Origin: Rickettsiales bacterium | GTDB lineage: Bacteria; Pseudomonadota; Alphaproteobacteria; Rickettsiales; UBA998 | Direction: 5' to 3' | DNA: 64,000 bases | Assembly: GCA_041749475.1 (NCBI GenBank) | Contig: JBGTBD010000019.1 | Location: 12,064-76,063 of the forward strand | Part shown: positions 41,088 to 50,762 of the stretch, in pieces | Layout: each line of letters opens with the position of its first letter | How positions within the stretch are numbered: position 1 is the first letter of the stretch | Notes under the pieces: generated by a model | Database searches by the model: none | What the model saw: only the letters and a program-made list of their open reading frames with translations | What the model was told of the DNA's origin: nothing | Position numbers and translations under genes: made by a program

Positions 41088-41408
41088 ATGAAGCGTAATT
41101 ACAATGTAAAAAATAAGCACCCGATGCTTTTCCTGCTGCTGGCAACATCTATTGTCGTAGCGCCGCTCGTTGCTTCTGCGACTGGCCCCGGTGTGTCGGA
41201 CGCTCCCATTAACCCCGCAGTGCGCGCGGACTCGGTACGCCCGACCGATAACGGATTTGCATCTCCCTCTGAAATGCGTACGAGCGACAATTACATCGAG
41301 CAGGATCATAACAACCCCATGGAAGATCGCCACAATGACCCCGTCACCTCTGGCTCCTCTGTGGAGCGTTCCTACTCGCCATCGTATAATGTGAATGACC
41401 GCATGTAG
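41088..41408 (+). CDS. Small exported hypothetical protein (low complexity, Asn/Asp/Ser/Pro-rich)
   Basis: The signal peptide is MKRNYNVKNKHPMLFLLLATSIVVAPLVASA. The mature part has no recognisable domain, so coding status rests on the signal peptide and the downstream hairpin. Confidence 0.45.
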   Translation: MKRNYNVKNKHPMLFLLLATSIVVAPLVASATGPGVSDAPINPAVRADSVRPTDNGFASPSEMRTSDNYIEQDHNNPMEDRHNDPVTSGSSVERSYSPSYNVNDRM

Positions 41409-41431
41409 GCGCGGCGGTTATTTGCATTCGT

Positions 41432-41467
41432 GCAAAGGCACCTCACGAACCCCGGAGGTGCCTTTGC
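41432..41467. terminator. 13-bp perfect hairpin between convergent genes (probable bidirectional terminator)
   Basis: gcaaaggcacctc (41432..41444), a 10-nt loop, then gaggtgcctttgc (41455..41467). It lies between the ends of 41088..41408(+) and 41499..43679(-). Confidence 0.55.
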
Positions 41468-41498
41468 CACATTTAAACCAAATTCATCTTAGTGATAC

Positions 41499-43679
41499 TT
41501 ATTGTTGCTGGATATAATCTACGCCGCCTTCATTGCCCCGGCTACCCGGCGGAATCTCGTAAGCCGGCACAACTACGCTATCACTAACTCCCGGTGTGAT
41601 GTTCTGTTGAGGCGCTTGCAGGCCGGACGCCAGCTCTACCAGCTTGATGAATTCATGACGGTAGCCGAACGCATCCTTACCCTTGCCGGACTTGGCGAGC
41701 GTCGCAATATCCGTGTAAGAAAAATCACGTAAGCCAGCTTCCTGCTTCAGCTTCTGGCCGAATGCAGCGACCGAGATGGCAAACCGTGCATCATCGGAGG
41801 CTTTTCTCAGCGAGTCCACTTCCAGCGCCCGGTCGATAGCAGTGGTGATGAGGCGGCTTTTGCTTTCCTTCGGCAATTTATAGCGAATCTTCAGGAAGCC
41901 ATATTCATCGGCATTTCCAGAAGATGCTTTCTCTTCAGCCTTCTTGCCATAGCGCAATGGATCGACAGTACCTTTCGCACCTTTGGGCGTGATCTCGTAG
42001 ATCGCGGTGACGGCATGGCCTGCTCCAATATCCCCGGCATCGACCTTGTCGTTATTGAAATCCTCGCGCTTCAACATACGCGTCTCATACCCGATCAGCC
42101 GATATTCGGAAACCGCCGTAGGATTGAACTCCACCTGCAATTTCACATCTTTCGCGATGGGGAAGAGGGTGGACGTCGCCTCATGCACCAGCACTTTCTG
42201 GGCTTCCTGAATGGTGTCGATATAGGCTGCATTACCATTACCGTTCTGCGCCAACTCCTGCATCAGAAGGTCGTTGTAATTCCCCTCACCGAAGCCGATG
42301 ACGGAGAGGAACACCCCCGTCTCCCGTTTCTGCTCGACGTACTTCTTCAACTCTTCTGGGTCGGTGATGCCGACATTGAAATCTCCATCCGTCGCCAGGA
42401 TAACGCGGTTGACGCCCTTCTTATCGAAACTCTTCTCCGCCAACGCATACGCTTCCGCGATACCCGCTGCTCCAGCCGTGGAACCGCCCGCCTGCAACCG
42501 GTTCAGCACCGCGAAGATTTTCTCTTTGTCGGAGATTTGCGTCGGCTTCAACTCCACCCCGGCCCCACCGGCATAGGTGACGATGCTGACCGTATCGTCT
42601 TTATCGAGATGGTTGACGAGCAACTTCAACGAACTGAGCAGCAGCGGCAATTTATCCTGCTCATACATCGACCCCGACGTATCAATCAGGAATACAAGAT
42701 TACTGCGCGGCGTCTCGCCTTTATCGACATCAAATCCTTTGATACCGATATGCACCAGTTTATTCCCCTTATGCCACGGTGACGGGGCGACGGTGATGCT
42801 GGGCTTGAACGGCACGGCCTTGCTCTCCGGCAGTGCGTAATCATAATCGAAATAATTGATCATCTCTTCGATACGAACCATGCTCGCATCAGGCAACTGC
42901 CCGTAATTCAACTGGCGACGAACAAAGGCATAGGACGCGGTATCGACATCGATGGAGAAGGTGGAGACCGGCTCCTCACTCACCAGCTTGACGCTGTTGC
43001 TTTCGACCTCCTTGAACTGGTCATTGCCTTGCGGCATCGTATAGACATCCGGCGCATAAGGCATTGGAGCGATCATCGCTTGCGGAGCTTCCATCGCTGC
43101 CATGCGGTTCATACTCATGTCAGAGGAAGATGACGAAGCAGCTTCTCCAATTGCTGAGGCTACATGATCCGCTCCCGCGTCGTTTGCAGCGTCGGCCACG
43201 ACAGGAGGTGGCGGTGCAGGGGGAACAGGCTGAATGCTAGAAGGGGCTAAAAAATTACCAATAGGTTCTGAGGGATTTAACGGTGTATCCGGCATGACTG
43301 CGGATTCCCGGGCCGTATCATTGAGCGAGGATTTCGGGAATGAGGCGATTTGCTCCCCTCGTTTCGGCTCCGAAACCGATGTCAATTGCAACGTCTCATC
43401 CTGCTTCATATCCTGAAATTGATCCCAGCTCAGCACTCCGACGGCGAGTACCATCGCGGCGGCGGTTCCGGCGTAAAGATGACGTGTATTCATAAAAATG
43501 CTCCTGTCTATGGTGGTTGTATCCATTAGACGGGAGAGGAATCCTTTTCCTTGGGTGCGCGACGCGCTTTTTTTCTCAAAAACAGCAAGTGACTGTTTAA
43601 TGGCTTCTTTTTCCGCCTCCTCGCGCGGGGAGGGGATGGGCAGGTCGGATAATAATCTTTTTAAATCGTCGTCTTTCAT
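41499..43679 (-). CDS. Anti-sigma-factor-like membrane protein with extracytoplasmic vWA (YfbK-like) module
   Basis: Start at ATG 43679, 8 nt after the sigma gene stop. It has a short cytoplasmic N-domain, one TM helix (LYAGTAAAMVLAVGVLSW) and a Pro-rich linker. The vWA domain carries a MIDAS motif (DTSGSM) and is followed by a YfbK-type C-terminal domain. Confidence 0.8.
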   Translation of the reverse strand: MKDDDLKRLLSDLPIPSPREEAEKEAIKQSLAVFEKKSASRTQGKGFLSRLMDTTTIDRSIFMNTRHLYAGTAAAMVLAVGVLSWDQFQDMKQDETLQLTSVSEPKRGEQIASFPKSSLNDTARESAVMPDTPLNPSEPIGNFLAPSSIQPVPPAPPPPVVADAANDAGADHVASAIGEAASSSSSDMSMNRMAAMEAPQAMIAPMPYAPDVYTMPQGNDQFKEVESNSVKLVSEEPVSTFSIDVDTASYAFVRRQLNYGQLPDASMVRIEEMINYFDYDYALPESKAVPFKPSITVAPSPWHKGNKLVHIGIKGFDVDKGETPRSNLVFLIDTSGSMYEQDKLPLLLSSLKLLVNHLDKDDTVSIVTYAGGAGVELKPTQISDKEKIFAVLNRLQAGGSTAGAAGIAEAYALAEKSFDKKGVNRVILATDGDFNVGITDPEELKKYVEQKRETGVFLSVIGFGEGNYNDLLMQELAQNGNGNAAYIDTIQEAQKVLVHEATSTLFPIAKDVKLQVEFNPTAVSEYRLIGYETRMLKREDFNNDKVDAGDIGAGHAVTAIYEITPKGAKGTVDPLRYGKKAEEKASSGNADEYGFLKIRYKLPKESKSRLITTAIDRALEVDSLRKASDDARFAISVAAFGQKLKQEAGLRDFSYTDIATLAKSGKGKDAFGYRHEFIKLVELASGLQAPQQNITPGVSDSVVVPAYEIPPGSRGNEGGVDYIQQQ

Positions 43680-43687
43680 ATCACCCT

Positions 43688-44251
43688 CTAAAACGCCCAC
43701 GCCATGAAACACATCATTATTTTGTCCCTGACATTCAGAAGCTTCTTACGCACCTCGGAGAGCCGCCAAGAGATCGTACCCTCGGAACAGCCTAAAATCT
43801 TCCCCGCTTCCGCATGGCTTAATCCCTCGCCATAGACTAGCAAGGCCGCCTGTTTCAATTTCTCCGGCAAACGGTGCACAGCTTGAAGCGCCTGCTTTTT
43901 CTGCAATATCTCTTCTTGTGACGCATCGTCGGACGCGGCATCGAACCCGTCCGAGAACGCCGTCTCATGCTGCCATTTGCGCTTGTTACGGCGAAACTCA
44001 TCATGCAGCGTATTGACCGTGATGCGCATGAGCCATGTGCGGAACCCGGCATCCCCCCGGAAGCTGAAAATCGCCTTTCCGAGCCGGGTGAATACTTCCT
44101 GTGCCACATCTTCCGCATCCTCCCGCACCCCCGTATAACGATAACACAGACGGTATACGGGAGCATAATGACGCTCGATCAACCGCTGCAACGCAATGGC
44201 CTCACCCCCCTGCGCCCGTGCCGCCAATTGTGCGTCTGAATCCTGCGTCAT
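43688..44251 (-). CDS. ECF-type RNA polymerase sigma factor
   Basis: 187 aa with sigma-70 region 2 (YRLCYRYTG..EDAEDVAQEVF) and a region 4 HTH (LSHAEAGKILGCSEGTISWRLSEVRKKL). Confidence 0.9.
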   Translation of the reverse strand: MTQDSDAQLAARAQGGEAIALQRLIERHYAPVYRLCYRYTGVREDAEDVAQEVFTRLGKAIFSFRGDAGFRTWLMRITVNTLHDEFRRNKRKWQHETAFSDGFDAASDDASQEEILQKKQALQAVHRLPEKLKQAALLVYGEGLSHAEAGKILGCSEGTISWRLSEVRKKLLNVRDKIMMCFMAWAF

Positions 44252-44301
44252 AACCCCTTGCTACACCATTAGACGTAGCATACTCGGAAATCCTTGGAAA
44301 A

Positions 44302-44712
44302 TTATTCTGCTGTCGCGAGGGTGGTGATACGCGGCGTGCCTTCCAGCGTCCGCTGCACAGGGCATTTCCCTGCGATCTCGATCAATTTCGTGCGCTGCTC
44401 CGCCGTCAACGCATCGCCTGTGATGGTAATGGTTTTGGTGAAAACATCCTGCTTTCCGTCCTTATGATGTGTCAGCGAAACGTCTACGTTCTCCACCGGC
44501 CATTGCTTCTGCAACGCATACCACCGCACTGTCATCGCCGTGCATTCTCCCAGCGCAGCAAGCAGATAATCATAGGGCGCAGGCGCTAATCCCGCACCGC
44601 CGGAAGCCACAGGCTCATCTCCCTGTAGAGCGAATCCTGATACATCCATATCCACCGCGTAAGGACTTTTACCATTCTCAACAATACGCGCATGCTTCAT
44701 CTCATCGGACAT
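44302..44712 (-). CDS. OsmC/Ohr-family protein
   Basis: 136 aa with paired Cys contexts (LGECTAMT, AGKCPVQRTL) typical of the OsmC family. Confidence 0.8.
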   Translation of the reverse strand: MSDEMKHARIVENGKSPYAVDMDVSGFALQGDEPVASGGAGLAPAPYDYLLAALGECTAMTVRWYALQKQWPVENVDVSLTHHKDGKQDVFTKTITITGDALTAEQRTKLIEIAGKCPVQRTLEGTPRITTLATAE

Positions 44713-44736
44713 ATTCTTAAACCCTCTCTATATGTT

Positions 44737-44793
44737 ACCCCGTCTTCATGACGGGGTCTGGTCGTGGCCGCATGCCGTCATGAAAACGGCATG
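44737..44793. repeat. Two 8-bp hairpins (accccgtc/gacggggt and catgccgt/acggcatg) downstream of the pirin gene
   Basis: Stems lie at 44737..44757 and 44771..44793. Both contain a TCATGA core reminiscent of the REP-like family elsewhere in the window. Neither is followed by a U-run on either strand, so they are not canonical intrinsic terminators. Confidence 0.5.
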
Positions 44794-44801
44794 ACAACAT
44801 A

Positions 44802-45695
44802 TTATAAAATCGTACCCGGTTTCGGCTCTTCCGGTAATGGAATAAATTCCACCTCATCCCCCGGCACTTTGCCGAACCGCCCTTGCCGCCAATCCTCTTT
44901 CGCCTGCACGATACGCTCTTCCGAACTGGAAACGAAATTCCACCAGATGAACCGTTTTTCCGAAAGCGGATCACCGCCCAGCATCATGATATGCGATTGC
45001 GTTTCCGCTTCAACGACGATGCGTTCCCCAGCCGCGAACACCGGCATGGTACGCGGTGCAATGCGTTTATCACCGACCCGGACAATACCCGACACAAGGA
45101 AGAACGCACGCTCGCGGTATTCATTCGGCAATGCGATATTGCTACCCGCCGGCATCTTCGCTTCCACATAGAAGAGGGGGCTGTAAATCTTCACCGGCGT
45201 GTCATGCCCATAAGCTGCACCGGAAATCAATTTACACTGCACATCCTTCACCCCAAACTCCGGCAACGTATCCGCCGGATGATGATGGAATTCGGGCGCG
45301 ACTTCCTCCACCTCTTTCGGCAGGGCGATCCAGCTTTGCAATCCGTGCATGGGATGCACGCGCGATTTCTCCTCTGCCCCAGTACGTTCCGAATGGGCGA
45401 TACCCCGCCCCGCTGTCATCCAGTTCACCGCCCCGGGGGTGATGAATTGTTCGGAGCCGAGCGTATCCCTGTGCAATATCTCCCCTTGAAACAGATATGT
45501 CACCGTCGCCAACCCAATATGCGGATGCGGGCGCACGTCGATACCTTGACCCGTCTGAAATTCCGCCGGGCCCATCTCATCGAGAAAGATGAACGGCCCC
45601 ACCATCCGCCGCGCGGCATACGGCAAAAGGCGACGCACATTGAACCCACCGAGATCCTTCTCCCGCGGTTCAATAATCAGGTCGATCACTTCCAT
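44802..45695 (-). CDS. Pirin-family protein
   Basis: 297 aa bicupin with the metal-site HPHIGLATVTYLF.GE..H.D and GRGIAHSE. Confidence 0.9.
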   Translation of the reverse strand: MEVIDLIIEPREKDLGGFNVRRLLPYAARRMVGPFIFLDEMGPAEFQTGQGIDVRPHPHIGLATVTYLFQGEILHRDTLGSEQFITPGAVNWMTAGRGIAHSERTGAEEKSRVHPMHGLQSWIALPKEVEEVAPEFHHHPADTLPEFGVKDVQCKLISGAAYGHDTPVKIYSPLFYVEAKMPAGSNIALPNEYRERAFFLVSGIVRVGDKRIAPRTMPVFAAGERIVVEAETQSHIMMLGGDPLSEKRFIWWNFVSSSEERIVQAKEDWRQGRFGKVPGDEVEFIPLPEEPKPGTIL

Positions 45696-45826
45696 GGAAC
45701 GACCATAACACTATTTCATCTGAAGAAAACCATTTCTGAAAGACAAAGCAGATGGATACGCTATATTACCCCTTTCAAGTCCGATGCCACAGGGCATGAG
45801 CAACCATATGACCCAAGGAGGAATAT

Positions 45827-46681
45827 ATGAGCAGATTCACCACCAAGGACGGCGTATCCATCTACTATAAGGATTGGGGCAAAGGCCAACCTGTCATCTT
45901 CAGCCACGGCTGGCCGCTGAGCGCCGACGCGTGGGAAGATCAGATGATGTTTTTAGCTTCTAAGGGCTATCGCTGCATCGCGCATGACCGTCGCGGTCAT
46001 GGCCGTTCCGAACAGACGTGGGACGGCAACGAGATGGACACCTACGCCGATGATCTCGCGCAGCTGATTGAGATGCTCGATTTGACGGATGTCATCCTTG
46101 TCGGCCACTCCACGGGCGGCGGCGAAGTCACCCGCTATATCGGTCGCCACGGCACGAAGCGCGTTGCCAAAGCGGTTCTCGTCGGCGCGGTTCCCCCATT
46201 AATGGTGAAGACGCCCGCCAACCCCAAAGGCCAGCCCATCGAGAATTTCGATGGCTTACGCGCCAGCTTCACCGCCGACCGTTCGCAACTCTTCAAAGAC
46301 CTCACCCAGCCATTCTATGGCGCGAACCGCAAAGGCGCGAAAATCAGTCAGGGCGTCTGCGATAGCTTCTGGATGATCGGCATGCAAGGCGGCATGAAAG
46401 CGGAATTCGACTGCATCAAGGCCTTCTCCGAAACCGACTTCACCGAGGACTTGAAGAAGTTCGACATCCCGACCCTTATCATCCACGGCGATGACGACCA
46501 GATCGTTCCCATCGACGCCAGCGCCAGCCGCACTGCAGAATTGGTCAAAGGCTCCATCCTCAAAATATACCCCGGCGGCGATCACGGCCTGCCGACCACG
46601 CAGAAAGACAGCATCAATAACGACCTCCTCCAGTTCATCGAAGCCGGAGAATTATCCACACAAGAACGCAAAAGCGCGTAA
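45827..46681 (+). CDS. Alpha/beta hydrolase of the non-heme haloperoxidase / arylesterase type
   Basis: [31 protein letters not shown], nucleophile motif GHSTGGGE, and a C-terminal GGDHG. A strong AAGGAGG SD precedes the start. Confidence 0.85.
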   Translation: MSRFTTKDGVSIYYKDWGKGQPVIFSHGWPLSADAWEDQMMFLASKGYRCIAHDRRGHGRSEQTWDGNEMDTYADDLAQLIEMLDLTDVILVGHSTGGGEVTRYIGRHGTKRVAKAVLVGAVPPLMVKTPANPKGQPIENFDGLRASFTADRSQLFKDLTQPFYGANRKGAKISQGVCDSFWMIGMQGGMKAEFDCIKAFSETDFTEDLKKFDIPTLIIHGDDDQIVPIDASASRTAELVKGSILKIYPGGDHGLPTTQKDSINNDLLQFIEAGELSTQERKSA

Positions 46682-46699
46682 TCCATTCCATGTATCATC

Positions 46700-46737
46700 A
46701 AAGCCGCCTTCTGCGTATGGAAGGCGGCTTTTTTTTA
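46700..46737 (+). terminator. Rho-independent terminator
   Basis: aaagccgccttc, an 8-nt loop, then gaaggcggcttt followed by a T-run. It starts 19 nt after the hydrolase stop. Confidence 0.85.
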
Positions 46738-46897
46738 TCGCGGGACGGTATAAATAAGAAGGCATCAGCACACCGAATCTAGGTTTTCTGATGGTCTATA
46801 AGGAATTTATGCTACGCGCGTGAGATTCGAACCATAATGAATTGTTTAAAATCAATGCATTGAGGTTTTATGAAGTCAAGTTGGTTCTGTGAAAGAA

Positions 46898-47134
46898 TTA
46901 CCAGAAACGCTTCATAGCAATGGCTTTACCGGAACCGGACTTAAAATATTTTTCGAGCTCTCTTGCAATGGTTTCTGTTTCAACAGCAGTGTAAGATTTT
47001 AAGGTGATGGGCAGCTGCGCTTTAGTAGAATTTACTTCACCTTTATCATGAGATTGTTTGCGCCTTTTCAGATCGTTAGTTGACCCAACGTAAATATCAC
47101 CATTGTTAAGTTCCAAGAAATAAACATACCACAT
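46898..47134 (-). CDS. Small GIY-YIG nuclease-domain protein
   Basis: 78 aa. The MWYVYFLELNNGDIYVGSTNDLKRRKQSH...E... pattern fits the GIY-YIG core. It lies in an AT-rich patch immediately downstream of tRNA-Ser on the same strand. Confidence 0.75.
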   Translation of the reverse strand: MWYVYFLELNNGDIYVGSTNDLKRRKQSHDKGEVNSTKAQLPITLKSYTAVETETIARELEKYFKSGSGKAIAMKRFW

Positions 47135-47245
47135 ATACCGCTCCGGTCTCCCTACGCCAAGGCTTCGGGAGACACTCCTAGCTCTAATCGACTTCGCGTG
47201 TCAGCCCTTAAATGGCCTGCCACCCGAAGCTCGAAGAGCGTAGGG

Positions 47246-47335
47246 TGGCGGACAGGGAGGGATTCGAACCCTCGATGGAGTTGCCCCCATGCCAGTTTTC
47301 GAGACTGGTGCCTTCAACCACTCGGCCACCTGTCC
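47246..47335 (-). tRNA. tRNA-Ser (anticodon CGA)
   Basis: The reverse complement reads GGACAGGTGGCCGAGTGGTTGAAGGCACCAGTCTCGAAAACTGGCATGGGGGCAACTCCATCGAGGGTTCGAATCCCTCCCTGTCCGCCA. It has a long variable arm, anticodon loop CT-CGA-AA and an encoded CCA. Confidence 0.9.
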
Positions 47336-47490
47336 GTTTTCGAAGGCGCTCTTGATAGCAGCGAAAGGGGAGTAGGGCAAGAGGGGTTCAGGGGGTCTTG
47401 TGTCGCCTGCGCCGAAATCGCTTCCCCTCGGAGGGCATCCATGCTAAAAGCTACAAACTCTTCAAAGGGTTAGATAGGCTCATAAAACCG

Positions 47491-47518
47491 TTGACAACAG
47501 GCCATTCTCGCATATAGT
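47491..47518 (+). promoter_or_regulatory. Candidate sigma-70-type promoter for rplU-rpmA
   Basis: TTGACA (47491..47496), a 16-nt spacer, then TATAGT (47513..47518). It lies about 80 nt upstream of the rplU ATG. Confidence 0.4.
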
Positions 47519-47599
47519 AGCGCCCTTCTGTAAAACAAGGAGAGGTTGAGCGGTTGCGCCATGCGCAGAGCGAAAGCCACAACATAAGTAGGAAAAAAC

Positions 47600-48124
47600 A
47601 TGTACGCAATTATTCAGACCGGTGGCAAGCAATATACTGTGCAAAGCGGCGATGTGCTTAAAGTAGAGAAGCTCGACGCCGAAGCAGGTGACCTTATCGT
47701 ACTGGACAAGGTGCTCGCCGTCCTCGATGGCGACAGCAGCAATATGGACGGCTCCAAGCTTTCCGCAGCGCGCGTTTCCGCGCATGTGCTGGAGCAGGGC
47801 CGCGGTGACAAGGTCATCATCTTCAAGAAAACCCGCCGCCATACCTATAAGCGTACCGGTGGTCACCGCCAGCATCTGACGACGCTGCGTATCGACCAGA
47901 TTTCGCTGGACGGTAAAGTGGAAGCCAAAAAAGGCGCTTCCGAACCGCAACCGAAAAACAAATGGCGCGACGCGCAGGCAGGCACTTCCAAGAAAGCGGG
48001 CACGAAAGCCGCCGCCCCGAAGAAGACCGCCACCAAAGCCGCTAGCCCGAAAAAAGCAGCAACCCCCGCCAAGAAGCCCGCAGCCGCGAAAAAACCTGCC
48101 GCTTCCAAAGCGAAAAAAGACTAA
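47600..48124 (+). CDS. rplU: 50S ribosomal protein L21 with Lys/Ala/Pro-rich C-terminal extension
   Basis: MYAIIQTGGKQYTVQSGDVLKVEKL... core of about 105 aa, followed by a tail of about 70 aa ending AKKAGTKAAAPKKTATKAASPKKAATPAKKPAAAKKPAASKAKKD. Confidence 0.9.
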   Translation: MYAIIQTGGKQYTVQSGDVLKVEKLDAEAGDLIVLDKVLAVLDGDSSNMDGSKLSAARVSAHVLEQGRGDKVIIFKKTRRHTYKRTGGHRQHLTTLRIDQISLDGKVEAKKGASEPQPKNKWRDAQAGTSKKAGTKAAAPKKTATKAASPKKAATPAKKPAAAKKPAASKAKKD

Positions 48125-48155
48125 TATAGAATAGAATTCAGGACGGAGAAGTCAG

Positions 48156-48416
48156 ATGGCACATAAGAAAGCAGGTGGTAGTTCACGCAACGGTCGCGAT
48201 TCAGCGGGCCGCCGCCTTGGCGTTAAGAAATACGGCAATCAGGCTGTCGTTCCTGGGAACATCATCGTCCGTCAGCGCGGCACGCAGTACCATCCCGGTG
48301 AGAATGTCGGCATGGGTAAAGACCACACGATCTTCGCAATGGTCGAAGGCGTGGTCGAGTTCCGCAAACGCAAAGACGATCGCCAATACATCTCTGTTCG
48401 CCCGGCAATGGCGTAA
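48156..48416 (+). CDS. rpmA: 50S ribosomal protein L27
   Basis: [27 protein letters not shown]... Confidence 0.95.
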   Translation: MAHKKAGGSSRNGRDSAGRRLGVKKYGNQAVVPGNIIVRQRGTQYHPGENVGMGKDHTIFAMVEGVVEFRKRKDDRQYISVRPAMA

Positions 48417-48438
48417 CAGTTAGTATTATAGGATAACG

Positions 48439-48467
48439 AAAAGGGCGGTTATCCGCCCTTTTTTTAT
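48439..48467 (+). terminator. Rho-independent terminator after rpmA
   Basis: aaaagggcgg, loop ttat, then ccgccctttt followed by a T-run. Confidence 0.8.
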
Positions 48468-48484
48468 GGGATTTTTCACTGTAG

Positions 48485-49561
<1,077 letters not shown>

Positions 49562-49562
49562 T

Positions 49563-50678
49563 ATGCTGCAACCCTTCGCACATGCCCGCACTATTGTCCT
49601 GAAGATCGGCTCCTCGCTCGTCGCCGATGCGGAAGGCACGGGGCTCCGCACCGCATGGATGGAGAGCGTCGCTGAGGATGTTGCAGCATTATATGCACAA
49701 AACAAGCGCATCATCCTCGTCTCCTCAGGCGCAGTGGCGTTGGGTCGCAAGGCGCTTGGCTTCGGTACGCGCGCCTTGAAACTGGAAGAGAAACAGGCGG
49801 CTGCCGCCGTCGGCCAGCCCCTGTTGATCGACGCATGGCGGCATGCGTTTGCTGCGCACAAAAAACCTGTTGCCCAATTATTGCTGACCATCGACGATAG
49901 CGAACACCGCCGTCGTTATTTGAACGCACGCGCAACACTGGAGACTTTGCTTGCCGGTAACGTCCTACCTATCATCAACGAGAACGACACGGTCGCCACC
50001 GCCGAACTCCGTGTCGGCGATAATGACCGCCTCGGCGCCCGCGTTGCGCAGATGGCAGGCGCTGACCTGCTTGTCTTATTATCGGACGTGGACGGCCTAT
50101 ATACTAAAAATCCCGTCGAACATCCCGACGCCGAGCATATCAACGAAGTGAAACTGATCGATGACAGTATCCGCAGCATGGCAGGGGGGGCGCGTACTGT
50201 GCTCAGCAATGGCGGCATGGCGACCAAGGTGCAGGCGGCGGAAATCGCGACTTACGCCGGATGTCATACGATGATCGCCAAAGGCACGGAGCATCATCCC
50301 ATTCGGGCATTGGATGAGGACGCAAAATACACTCTGTTCCACGCGACAACCACACCCCAGAACGCCCGCAAACGCTGGATAGCCGGAAGCCTCGCGCCGC
50401 AGGGCGAAGTCACCGTCGATGCCGGGGCCGAGAAAGCATTACTGGCCGGCAATAGTTTGCTCCCCGTCGGTGTGATCCAGCTGAGTGGAAGTTTCGAGCG
50501 CGGTGACGCGGTACAGGTGAAAAACACGGACGGTAAACTGCTGGCCACGGGCCTCTCCGCCTGGTCATCCGCCGAAGCGATGGGTATCATCGGTCGCAAC
50601 ACCAAAGACATCGAGACGATTTTAGGCTATAAAGGACGCAGCGAATTGATTCACCGTGACGATCTGGTGATGGCATAA
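49563..50678 (+). CDS. proB: Glutamate 5-kinase (with PUA domain)
   Basis: Start at ATG 49563 (MLQPFAHARTIVLKIGSS...). It has the amino-acid kinase fold plus a C-terminal PUA domain (GEVTVDAGAEKALL..GNSLLPVGV). Confidence 0.95.
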   Translation: MLQPFAHARTIVLKIGSSLVADAEGTGLRTAWMESVAEDVAALYAQNKRIILVSSGAVALGRKALGFGTRALKLEEKQAAAAVGQPLLIDAWRHAFAAHKKPVAQLLLTIDDSEHRRRYLNARATLETLLAGNVLPIINENDTVATAELRVGDNDRLGARVAQMAGADLLVLLSDVDGLYTKNPVEHPDAEHINEVKLIDDSIRSMAGGARTVLSNGGMATKVQAAEIATYAGCHTMIAKGTEHHPIRALDEDAKYTLFHATTTPQNARKRWIAGSLAPQGEVTVDAGAEKALLAGNSLLPVGVIQLSGSFERGDAVQVKNTDGKLLATGLSAWSSAEAMGIIGRNTKDIETILGYKGRSELIHRDDLVMA

Positions 50679-50687
50679 CTTCTTATC

Positions 50688-50736
50688 GTCATTCCAGCGA
50701 ACGCTGGAATCCAGAGAGGGCTATCGCAGGAATGAC
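50688..50736. repeat. REP-like inverted pair (same family as 15071..15150)
   Basis: gtcattccagcgaacgctggaatccag at 50688..50714 has an 8-bp stem and a GAAC loop. It faces the reverse complement of gtcattcctgcgatag ending at 50736. The element lies in the proB-proA intergenic gap. Confidence 0.75.
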
Positions 50737-50762
50737 AGGTAGGATAATAAAGGCGAAAGAAT

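Noticed and set aside
46816-46832. tRNA-like fragment gcgtgagattcgaacc, a possible att-site duplicate of the tRNA-Ser 3' half
   Set aside because: Only gattcgaacc, the near-universal T-loop region of about 10 nt, matches tRNA-Ser (47261..47270). The flanking bases do not match the tRNA-Ser acceptor or T stem, and the fragment cannot fold into a T-arm. This is too weak to call an attachment site.
47519-47599. Possible structured leader or riboswitch upstream of rplU
   Set aside because: I could find only a trivial 5-bp hairpin (tgcgc cat gcgca). There is no resemblance to the ribosomal-protein leaders I can recall, so I left it as plain 5' UTR.
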